Both the position numbers and the translations under genes were made by a program. This document shows positions 8,437 to 16,130 of a stretch of 64,000 bases of DNA, in pieces. The first letter of the stretch is position 1, and each line of letters starts with the position of its first letter. Source of the DNA: Patescibacteria group bacterium (GTDB lineage: Bacteria; Patescibacteriota; Patescibacteriia; UBA2591; JAQUPP01); NCBI GenBank assembly GCA_028716665.1, contig JAQUPP010000001.1:128467-192466 (forward strand). Direction: 5' to 3'. The notes under the pieces are model-generated. The model searched no databases. It was not told the DNA's origin and saw only the letters and a program-made list of their open reading frames with translations.

Positions 8437-9171
8437 ATGCAAATAGAAAAAGTTTTAGAACAATTTAATCTGAATAAAAAAGAAATTAGTGTCTATCTCA
8501 CCTGTTTGGAGCTGGGTCCTTCTACGGCCGGAGTGGTCGCCCAGAAAGCAGGCATAAAAAGAACCAGCGCTTATGATATTTTGGGAGACCTGATAAAAGT
8601 CGGGCTTATTACTCATACTATAAAAAATAATAAAAAATATTTTTTAGCCGAAGATCCGGAAATACTTAAAAAAATTCTTCACGAAAAAGAGAGAGCATTA
8701 GAAGAAGTTCTCCCTCAATTGAAATCTATTTATAATATCCCGGGCATAAAACCAAAAACAAAATTTTATGAGGGAGTTTCCGGGGCAAGAAACATATTTA
8801 GAGAAACATTATCTTGCCGAAAAAAAGAAGCTATGGCCATTCTTCCGTCAGTAGACATTTATGATCTTATCGGAGTGGATTTTGCCAAAGATTATGTCGC
8901 CGCTCGAACGAAATTAAAAATAAAAAGCAGAACCCTGCGCGTTAAGACACGCGAGTCAGAAGAAAAATATTTTTTTCAACACAAAGAACAACTTCGGGAG
9001 ATGCGATATCTTCCAAAGTCAATCACTTTTTATTCAACTATTCTAATTTGGGATGATAAAGTGGCAATTATTACTTCCAAAAAAGAAAGTTTCAGTTTTT
9101 TAATCGAAAGTCAAGAATTCAGCCAAACCATGAAAGCATTATTTGAAATGCTTTGGCTGCAATCAAAATAA
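8437..9171 (+). CDS. TrmB-family HTH transcriptional regulator
   Basis: The N-terminal winged helix (LTCLELGPSTAGVVAQKAGIKRTSAYDILGDLIKVGL) is typical of TrmB, and the 244-aa length fits. It is a paralog of 25201-25944. Confidence 0.65.
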   Translation: MQIEKVLEQFNLNKKEISVYLTCLELGPSTAGVVAQKAGIKRTSAYDILGDLIKVGLITHTIKNNKKYFLAEDPEILKKILHEKERALEEVLPQLKSIYNIPGIKPKTKFYEGVSGARNIFRETLSCRKKEAMAILPSVDIYDLIGVDFAKDYVAARTKLKIKSRTLRVKTRESEEKYFFQHKEQLREMRYLPKSITFYSTILIWDDKVAIITSKKESFSFLIESQEFSQTMKALFEMLWLQSK

Positions 9172-9186
9172 TAATTGAAAAAATTT

Positions 9187-9270
9187 ATGCGCATCGGAAT
9201 TGACGCTCGTCCCAGTACTAGATTCGCCGGTAGGCAAATCAGTACGGGACATCGCTTTGTTAAGAGATAG
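9187..9270 (+). pseudogene. Remnant of a glycosyltransferase 5' end (MRIGIDAR...) that terminates after 27 codons
   Basis: It shares aaatttatg-cgcatcggaattgacgctcg with the starts of the two GT genes downstream, and then diverges into a GC-rich hairpin. Confidence 0.4.
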
Positions 9271-9314
9271 GAATAAGTAAGTTGAGTTTAATTGAGTTTT
9301 AATTGAAAAACTTT

Positions 9315-10451
9315 ATGAGAATAGGCATAGACGCTCGATTTTACGGCCCGACGGGCAAAGGAATCGGGCGCTACACTCAGGAACTTATCAAAAATCTTGA
9401 AGAAACCCGCCAAAATTTTGCTTCACAAAACTTAGGCGGGCAAAAAGATGATTATTTTATTTTCCTCCGCCAAGAGGGCTTTAATTTATATCATCCTCAA
9501 AACCCTCATTTTCACAAGGTTTTGGCCGATTATCCCTGGTATTCCTGGCAAGAGCAGATATTATTCCCCAGACAACTCGCCTCTCAACGCCTTGATTTGG
9601 TTCATTTTCTCCACTTTAATGTTCCTCTGTTTTATCTCGGCCGGTTTGTAGTGACGATTCATGATTTGACTCATAATCAAACTACTCCAAAAGCTTCAAC
9701 ACACTGGAAATCAATTTTTTATTTTAAAAAAATTATTTATTATTTGATTATTAAAAATGCCATGCAACGGGCGGAAAAAATTATCACGGTTTCTAATTTT
9801 ATTAAAGATTCAATTGTGAAACAATATAAAATTAATCCAAAAAAAATCTCTGTAACTTATGAAGCGACTGATATGGCGCCAAAGATTTCAGACTTTGAAC
9901 CGGTTTCGGAGCAGATCCCGGATAATTATTTATTATATATCGGCAATGCTTACCCGCACAAAAATTTGGAACGTTTAATCAAGGCTTTTAAAATTGTTTT
10001 ATCAAAACACCCGGGGATTCGTTTAATTTTAGTCGGGAAAATGGATTATTTTTATCATAATTTGCAAAAATTAACGCAAGAATTGGGGTTGGAAGAAAAA
10101 GTTATTTTTTCCGGTCAAGCTTCTGATGAAAAATTAGCTTGGCTTTATAAAAATGGTTTGGCTTATGTGTTTCCTTCTTTATCTGAGGGATTTGGCCTGC
10201 CCGGTTTGGAAGCAATGAAGTTCGGTCTACCGGTAATCGCCTCAAAACATCAACCCTTGCCTGAAATTTATGGTTCAGCTGCTTTATATTTTAATCCTAA
10301 AAACATAGAAGAAATGGCTGCAACCATTAATCAAGCTATAGAAAACAAAAATCTTCGCGAAGAACTAATTCAAAAAGGATTTGAACAAATTAAAAAATAT
10401 TCTTGGGAAAAATGCGCCCAAGAAACAGAAGAAATTTACAAAAATTTATGA
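9315..10451 (+). CDS. Glycosyltransferase family 1 (GT4-like)
   Basis: The C-terminal EX7E-type region FPSLSEGFGLPGLEAMKFGLPVIAS is present. The start was chosen at MRIGIDARF by comparison with the paralog. Confidence 0.8.
   Translation: MRIGIDARFYGPTGKGIGRYTQELIKNLEETRQNFASQNLGGQKDDYFIFLRQEGFNLYHPQNPHFHKVLADYPWYSWQEQILFPRQLASQRLDLVHFLHFNVPLFYLGRFVVTIHDLTHNQTTPKASTHWKSIFYFKKIIYYLIIKNAMQRAEKIITVSNFIKDSIVKQYKINPKKISVTYEATDMAPKISDFEPVSEQIPDNYLLYIGNAYPHKNLERLIKAFKIVLSKHPGIRLILVGKMDYFYHNLQKLTQELGLEEKVIFSGQASDEKLAWLYKNGLAYVFPSLSEGFGLPGLEAMKFGLPVIASKHQPLPEIYGSAALYFNPKNIEEMAATINQAIENKNLREELIQKGFEQIKKYSWEKCAQETEEIYKNL
9343..9671 (+). repeat. Direct repeat copy 1 (~329 bp) of a recent tandem duplication
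   Basis: It is near-identical to 10476-10804, with about four mismatches seen by eye. Confidence 0.8.
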
Positions 10452-11008
10452 AAATCGGAATCGACGCCAGATTCTACGGCCCGACGGGCAAAGGAATCGG
10501 GCGCTACACTCAGGAACTTATCAAAAATCTTGAAGAAACCCGCCAAAATTTTGCTTCACAAAACTTAGGCGGGCAAAAAGATGATTATTTTATTTTCCTC
10601 CGCCAAGAGGGCTTTAATTTATATCATCCTCAAAACCCTCATTTTCACAAGGTTTTGGCCGATTATCCCTGGTATTCCTGGCAAGAGCAGATATTATTCC
10701 CCAGACAACTCGCCTCTCAACGCCTTGATTTAGTTCATTTTCTCCACTTTAATGTCCCTCTGTTTTATCTCGGCCGGTTTGTGGTGACGATTCATGATTT
10801 GACTTTATTGCAATACCCGACTCAACATAAAAATTCTTTAGCGAAATTTATATATTCTTTCAAACACGGATTTTTTATTTTAATTTTGAAAAATGCTCTG
10901 CGACGGGCGGAAAAAGTCATTACTGATTCGGAAAAATCGAAACAAGATTTGATTAAAAATTTCCATATAAAATCAGAAAAAATAAAAGTTGTTTATTTGG
11001 CCTGTTAG
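10448..11008 (+). pseudogene. Chimeric or truncated glycosyltransferase paralog. Its N-terminal 120 aa are nearly identical to the upstream GT, it diverges in the middle, and it stops before the catalytic C-terminal domain.
   Basis: It is 201 aa long. Bases 10476-10804 are about 99% identical to 9343-9671, and the ATG overlaps the upstream stop (ATGA). Confidence 0.5.
10476..10804 (+). repeat. Direct repeat copy 2 (~329 bp)
   Basis: It is near-identical to 9343-9671. Confidence 0.8.
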
Positions 11009-11039
11009 CGGTTAACTGAATAATTGATTGAAATTTTTT

Positions 11040-11063
11040 AAGACCATTTGGTCTTATTTTTTT
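11040..11063 (+). terminator. Intrinsic terminator (aagacca-ttt-tggtctt followed by T7)
   Basis: A hairpin is followed by a T-run downstream of the truncated GT. Confidence 0.5.
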
Positions 11064-11285
11064 GTGGGGGTTGACCCCCTCACCAAACGCTGATGTGTTT
11101 TTTAAATAAGGATTCTATTTTTATTTATATAAAATTGAATTTAAAGATTTATAAGATAAAAAATCAAATATTTATCAGTGTTCTAGGTGAGGGGGTTGAC
11201 AAAAAGCGAAAAATATGCTTAAATATAATAGTCAAACAATTTAGTTTTGGCGCAAAAACAACAGTACCTTAAATAGGAGGATAAA

Positions 11286-11723
11286 ATGTCGAAAGCAAGT
11301 GTTTTTGTCTTATTGTTTAATGAATGGGGAGAAGTTTTATTGGTTCACAATAAAGAGACTCCTCCTACCGGTGATAAGCCTTTTACAAAGGAAGCAGGCT
11401 GGGGCTTACCTGGCGGCGGAATTGAAGAAGGCGAAACAAATTTGGTCGCATTAATTCGCGAGCTTGGAGAAGAAACCGGTATTGTCGCCGATCAGATAAA
11501 AATCGGTGAAAAAGAGATTGAAGAAGTAAAGGGAAATGGCCATCAGATTTTTACTCGTAGAGCAGATCTAAAAGTAAAATCAGATGACATAAAATTTGTT
11601 TCATCAACGTCCGATGTTGATGAAGCAGAATGGTATTTATTAGAAGAATTACCTGTGGATTTGTATAATAGCCACAGGAGAAGAATCAAAAATTTTATTT
11701 TGAATCAAAAGACCAACGTATAA
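11286..11723 (+). CDS. NUDIX hydrolase
   Basis: The Nudix box GGGIEEGETNLVALIRELGEETGI is present. A GGAGG RBS lies upstream. Confidence 0.8.
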   Translation: MSKASVFVLLFNEWGEVLLVHNKETPPTGDKPFTKEAGWGLPGGGIEEGETNLVALIRELGEETGIVADQIKIGEKEIEEVKGNGHQIFTRRADLKVKSDDIKFVSSTSDVDEAEWYLLEELPVDLYNSHRRRIKNFILNQKTNV

Positions 11724-11737
11724 AGTTGGTCTTTTTC
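11709..11737 (+). terminator. Intrinsic terminator (aagaccaac-gtataaa-gttggtctt followed by T5). The stop codon is in the loop.
   Basis: A 9-bp perfect stem is followed by a T-run. Confidence 0.6.
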
Positions 11738-11803
11738 TATTTTACGACACACAAAGAGCTATTGTTTATTAGATAAAAGTTATTTTTATATAAATTATTA
11801 ACT

Positions 11804-11827
11804 TAATTGTTCCACGTGGAACAATTA
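11804..11827. promoter_or_regulatory. Perfect 24-bp palindrome tAATTGTTCCACGTGGAACAATTa (copy 1, downstream of the radical-SAM gene)
   Basis: It is identical to its own reverse complement, and a second exact copy lies at 12652-12675. Confidence 0.5.
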
Positions 11828-11838
11828 TCCCCCTGTCT

Positions 11839-12636
11839 TTAAAAACAAATCTTAATCGGCAGTTTAAATTGCTGGTTTAATTTTAAGATCTCCTGGCGAA
11901 CGTTATTTTCATAAATTCGCCTTTTTTGGAACAAAAGCTCTTGGCATTTTGGTATTAGTTCGGGGAAACTCGGTTCAAGGGCATTTTTGAAGTTTTGCCA
12001 ATTAGCCGGTGCAGTGTTAAAGGTATCCAATAAGACCTCATCTACCTTACCAACCAGATTCTTAAAGATAAGCGGCAAATCGGTTATATAGGGCAAAATA
12101 GGCCCAACAAAGGCATAAGTCGGAATGCCAGCTTGGTGAATGGTCTGGAGGGCTAGAAGTCTCTTTTCAGGTGAACTGGTGCCCGGTTCTAAGATCTTGG
12201 CTATTTTGGGATCAAGATTGATTAAACTGAAACCAACCTTTTTTTGCTTAAAACCTTTGATTAGTTCTATGTCTCGCAGAATAAGGTCAGATTTAGTCAG
12301 GATATTGATCGGCCATTGGTGCTCTAAGAGAATTTTGAGGCATTTCTGGGTAATTTGGTATTTTTGCTCTAAAGGATTGTAGGCGTCAGTAATGGTTGAA
12401 AAGAAAACATCATTTTTTGGCTTTCGTTTAACTTCTTTCTCCAATATATCCGGGGCGTTAATTTTAACCTCCATAAATTGACCCCATTTTTGATCGGGCT
12501 TGAATCGTTGAATAAACTGAAGGTTATAACAATAAACGCAGCCATGCGGACAGCCAGAATAAGGATTTAAGGTATAACTCTGAAAAGCTTTGGATTGGTT
12601 AAGAATAGATTTGGCTTGAATAAGCTTAATAGTCAT
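11839..12636 (-). CDS. Radical SAM protein, SplB-like DNA repair (spore-photoproduct-lyase family)
   Basis: The motif NPYSGCPHGCVYCY contains the Cx3Cx2C cluster. The start was set at MTIKLIQ, because the tracked start is a TTG inside the palindrome. Confidence 0.65.
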   Translation of the reverse strand: MTIKLIQAKSILNQSKAFQSYTLNPYSGCPHGCVYCYNLQFIQRFKPDQKWGQFMEVKINAPDILEKEVKRKPKNDVFFSTITDAYNPLEQKYQITQKCLKILLEHQWPINILTKSDLILRDIELIKGFKQKKVGFSLINLDPKIAKILEPGTSSPEKRLLALQTIHQAGIPTYAFVGPILPYITDLPLIFKNLVGKVDEVLLDTFNTAPANWQNFKNALEPSFPELIPKCQELLFQKRRIYENNVRQEILKLNQQFKLPIKICF

Positions 12637-12651
12637 TTGATTTATAAAATG

Positions 12652-12675
12652 AAATTGTTCCACGTGGAACAATTT
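12652..12675. promoter_or_regulatory. Perfect 24-bp palindrome aAATTGTTCCACGTGGAACAATTt (copy 2, 16 bp upstream of the radical-SAM start)
   Basis: It is an exact duplicate of the 11805-11826 core, and it sits where an operator would be. Confidence 0.5.
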
Positions 12676-12760
12676 TGGTTTTATTAGCTACTTATTATAT
12701 AAAAAAAGAGTATTTTTTATTGTTTAAACATTATCTATGCGTCGTACAATGGAAATTAAA

Positions 12761-13504
12761 CTATACCCTTTGATTTAAGGTTTTATAAATAATTTTTTTC
12801 AAATCTTGACTGAATTTGGTTTTTAAAATTTTGTTCGCGTTGCCAATGGCTGATTCAAATTTTGAATCAAAATTTATTTTGCCCAAAATTTGCACACCGG
12901 AAATTTTACTTTCGGTTTTTGTTTGAGAAAATTGGTGAGATTGATAATTTTCAATAATGCCCAAAATCGGCGCTTTCAGTTCTTTCAACATTTTGATATT
13001 TTTGTTAACCGTTTCCATGGTGGTTTTAGATGGGGTGGCGACAATCAAGAATTCGGTTTTTTTAACTAATTTTAAAATGTCCAAAGCCGCGTCGCCAATG
13101 CCTGGTGGCATATCAATAATTAAAAAGTCCAAATCGCCCCATTGAGTAATGGTTAACAGTTCTAAAATAATATTGGAAATGTCTTCGCCTCTTAAAAGAG
13201 CCGGTTTTTTGCCCGTATAGTAAATAATGGACATAAATTTCAGGCCTTCAAATTCCGGCGGGATAATTCCTTTGTCTTCTTTTGGGAAGAGGTTGTTGAT
13301 TCCCAAAATGGTATGAGTTGAGGGTCCACAAAAGTCCAGGTCTAAAAGGCCTGTTTTTAAGCCATTTTTAGCCAAATTTAACGCCAAAACAGAGGCAATT
13401 GAGCTTTTGCCGATTCCTCCTTTGCCTCCGGAAACAGCAATAATAGTTTTAATGTTTTTTAATCTTTGATTAATGATGTTTGGTCGTGGATCCATAAATT
13501 TCAT
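12761..13504 (-). CDS. Mrp/MinD/ParA-family P-loop ATPase (ApbC/NBP35-like). It is a possible HypB-type metallochaperone partner of HypA.
   Basis: The deviant Walker A is AVSGGKGGIGKSS. The start overlaps the hypA stop by 4 nt. Confidence 0.75.
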   Translation of the reverse strand: MKFMDPRPNIINQRLKNIKTIIAVSGGKGGIGKSSIASVLALNLAKNGLKTGLLDLDFCGPSTHTILGINNLFPKEDKGIIPPEFEGLKFMSIIYYTGKKPALLRGEDISNIILELLTITQWGDLDFLIIDMPPGIGDAALDILKLVKKTEFLIVATPSKTTMETVNKNIKMLKELKAPILGIIENYQSHQFSQTKTESKISGVQILGKINFDSKFESAIGNANKILKTKFSQDLKKIIYKTLNQRV

Positions 13505-13896
13505 TTAATAGAATCTATCCAAACGCCCCGGCCTTTGATAATTTTGAAATCCGGGCTTTTGCATTTCGGACATCTGAGATAAGTATGGGCGATTTCGGGG
13601 ATAAAATGGATATATTCAGCTTCATTTTTATTGAGTTTTTTGAGGATTTTACTAAAATTCCATTGATGTTGGCAAATGCGGCATTTTAAAATCGCTTTTT
13701 CGGTTTTAATTTTTATTTTGCCGGTTATTTTTTTAAGTCGGCCGATTTGTTTTAAAGAAAACTTAAAAATATCCCTGTCTATTTGTTGCAGTTCGCCTAT
13801 TTTTAAATTAATTTCGGAAATTTTTTTCAGTTTATTCTTTTTTTGATATTTTATGGCCGAATAAACAACGGCCTGAGCTAATGACCATTCGTGCAT
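13501..13896 (-). CDS. hypA: HypA-like zinc/nickel metallochaperone
   Basis: The N-terminus MHEWSLAQAVV contains the Ni-binding Met-His-Glu. Two CxxC pairs are present (CRIC...CPKC). The length is 131 aa. Confidence 0.65.
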   Translation of the reverse strand: MHEWSLAQAVVYSAIKYQKKNKLKKISEINLKIGELQQIDRDIFKFSLKQIGRLKKITGKIKIKTEKAILKCRICQHQWNFSKILKKLNKNEAEYIHFIPEIAHTYLRCPKCKSPDFKIIKGRGVWIDSIK

Positions 13897-13931
13897 AAAA
13901 TATATTATACATAAATAAAAAGAAAACGCTA

Positions 13932-13960
13932 TTGACGTTTTTATAAAGTTGTGCTATATT
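13932..13960 (+). promoter_or_regulatory. Promoter TTGACG-N17-TATATT with extended -10 (TTGTGCTATATT)
   Basis: It lies about 60 nt upstream of the ORF at 14021, and the same architecture recurs at 26049, 19417 and 8313. Confidence 0.5.
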
Positions 13961-14020
13961 TATATTATAAGATATAATAATAAAAGATCGTAAATAATTT
14001 AAATCTTAAAAAATAATATT

Positions 14021-14908
14021 ATGGAAAAAATAAAATATACTCCATCTTTAGAGGAAGTAGAAAAAGCTGAAAAAATGATGACTTCTGAACAAAGAGAAAT
14101 GAGCCAACAAAAAGAAGCATTAGCTATTGAACAAGAACAGAAAAAGCAAGATTTTTTTGTTGCAGCTGAAGAAATTATTAAAAAAATTAAATCTATTGAA
14201 AATATTTCTAATGAAAAAAGAAGGGAGATATTTTTAGGATTGATGGAAAAGATAAATAATGTGCCGAATTATTTTGAAAATTCTGAAGTAATTGAAAAAA
14301 GAAAGGAAATTGTTGAAATGATATTGCCCGAATATCCTGTTCTCGAAGTTTATCCTGGTAAAGAAAAAGCAAAATATATTGGATATTCCATGGAAGAATA
14401 CTACAATCATCCTGCTGCTTTTTCTGTCGCCCCAGAAGTAGGCGGAGAAGAAAGAAAAACTGGGGTTATTGGTGATCAAATTTTCTATCCTGATTGGAAT
14501 AATAACCATAATGGGCAACAATTATTCGTTTTATTTGATAATGAGACAGGACCGGATTTCACAGAATTTTATAGCGAAAGATATGAAAATTTATTGGAAA
14601 AATATGGCTTCCCTCGAGAATTAAGTCTTCATACTTTTGCGAGTGGTGGGATGCCATATTTAGAAGATAATCCTGAATTAAAGGAAAGATTTGAAGCAAT
14701 AAAAGAAGAATTTAGAAATGAACTTAATGTTTTAAGAGAGGAAGCAGGTAAATATTGGTCTGAAGTTGTTCAAGATAAAAGAACATTGCGCATCGCTAAA
14801 TTAGCAACTTTGTTTTTAGATGGTGATTTTTTAATGAAAGACAAGGGGATTAGTAACAATAAGAATGTTGAAGATAATCCAGGGTATATTATATATAAAA
14901 ATAAATAA
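14021..14908 (+). CDS. Hypothetical Glu/Lys-rich protein
   Basis: It is a long ORF with its own promoter, and I recognised no motif. Confidence 0.5.
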   Translation: MEKIKYTPSLEEVEKAEKMMTSEQREMSQQKEALAIEQEQKKQDFFVAAEEIIKKIKSIENISNEKRREIFLGLMEKINNVPNYFENSEVIEKRKEIVEMILPEYPVLEVYPGKEKAKYIGYSMEEYYNHPAAFSVAPEVGGEERKTGVIGDQIFYPDWNNNHNGQQLFVLFDNETGPDFTEFYSERYENLLEKYGFPRELSLHTFASGGMPYLEDNPELKERFEAIKEEFRNELNVLREEAGKYWSEVVQDKRTLRIAKLATLFLDGDFLMKDKGISNNKNVEDNPGYIIYKNK

Positions 14909-15084
14909 TAAATTTGCCTCGATTTATTTCCGTTTAATCAGTGAAAAAGAATTTTTTATTACATCATACAACACGGCATATTTGATCTCGGCTTTTTACA
15001 AAAGCCTACCCCAAAATGCTTTACACTTTAGATATAGCTGATAAGTTATTTACATACTCTACAGGACGAAATTTATTTAAAATA

Positions 15085-15120
15085 AAAAGAAAACGTTTAT
15101 TGATTAGCGTTTTCTTTTTA
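15085..15120. terminator. Bidirectional intrinsic terminator (agaaaacg...cgttttct flanked by A/T runs)
   Basis: A hairpin with T-runs on both strands lies between convergent genes. Confidence 0.5.
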
Positions 15121-15128
15121 TATTTTAA

Positions 15129-16124
15129 TTAAATAATACGAGACGCGGTCAATTGTTCTAAATAATTTTTTGGCTGGTTAATAATGATTTTTTTATTTAA
15201 TTTTTTCTGTCCGTATTTGACTATGGCTTTTTCGTCCGGTGCGTCGGAAAAGGCGGCGGTTAAAGCAGCCGCTTGAATAATAGCTTTTTGGCTAGCCGGA
15301 CCGATTAAAAGGCCGGTTGGGCCCGGATATTTGGCGGTTTCAAAATAATAATCTTTCGGATTTTTTAAAGCTTTTAATTTTTTATTTTCTTCAAAATTGC
15401 GGCCGATAATAATTTTATTTTTATCCACTCGCCAATGCCTCCCGATTTTTAAAAGGGAAATATCAGCATCGCTGATTTTTTTATTTTGATTGAATAAATC
15501 TTGTAATCTTTTGGCAAAACTTTTGTCAGTTAGAAGACAGCCGCCGGCCGGCGTAGGGAAATTTTTGATTCCCCATTTTTTAGCCAAAGCTAATTGGCGC
15601 TGGCGGGATCGTCCGGAAATATCCAGAAGATTATCTCTTTTGACCCAGCCCATTTTTTCCGCTTCGGTTTCCGAAAGCAATTTAGCGGACAGGGGACGCA
15701 GTAATTTTCCTTTTAATCCGGTTTGTTTTTCCACCAATTCCATGGCTTGGGAATGCTGAGACATCGGCCGCTGACCCAAAACTTCGCCGGTAAAAATAAA
15801 TTTCGCTCCTGTTTTTTTAGCCAATTGTTTGGCTTTTTTTAAAATAAAAATTCGGCAATCAATGCAAGGATTAATCGCCGAACCGTAATGATATTTCGGA
15901 TTTTGCACCATTTTTAAATAATCAGCCCCGGCTTTTATGGTTTTTAAAGGGATTTTTAATTTTTTGGCCGTTGTCTTGAGATTATTTTTTTTATCTTCGG
16001 GAATAAACGGAATTTCAACATTAAGGCAAATTACTTTAATGCCTTGTTTTTGCAATATTTTTGCCGCCAAAATAGAATCCAATCCGCCGGAAAAAAGTCC
16101 GATGGCTGTAATTTTTTTTGCCAT
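15129..16124 (-). CDS. PP-loop ATP pyrophosphatase, ThiI/MnmA-like putative tRNA thiolation enzyme with no THUMP or rhodanese domain
   Basis: The PP-loop is SGGLDS. TGEVLGQRPMSQ resembles ThiI 'TGEsLGQVASQT', and NPCIDC resembles the MnmA 'NPDILCN' region. Confidence 0.55.
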   Translation of the reverse strand: MAKKITAIGLFSGGLDSILAAKILQKQGIKVICLNVEIPFIPEDKKNNLKTTAKKLKIPLKTIKAGADYLKMVQNPKYHYGSAINPCIDCRIFILKKAKQLAKKTGAKFIFTGEVLGQRPMSQHSQAMELVEKQTGLKGKLLRPLSAKLLSETEAEKMGWVKRDNLLDISGRSRQRQLALAKKWGIKNFPTPAGGCLLTDKSFAKRLQDLFNQNKKISDADISLLKIGRHWRVDKNKIIIGRNFEENKKLKALKNPKDYYFETAKYPGPTGLLIGPASQKAIIQAAALTAAFSDAPDEKAIVKYGQKKLNKKIIINQPKNYLEQLTASRII

Positions 16125-16130
16125 AAAATT

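Noticed and set aside
11196-11229. TTGACA ... TATAAT upstream of the NUDIX gene
   Set aside because: The hexamers are 22 nt apart, too far for a canonical sigma-70 promoter. I kept it only as a weak possibility and did not list it as a feature.
12637-12672. N-terminal extension MFHVEQFHFINQ of the radical-SAM ORF
   Set aside because: The tracked start is a TTG lying inside the 24-bp palindrome. The first ATG (MTIKLIQ) with the palindrome upstream is the plausible start.
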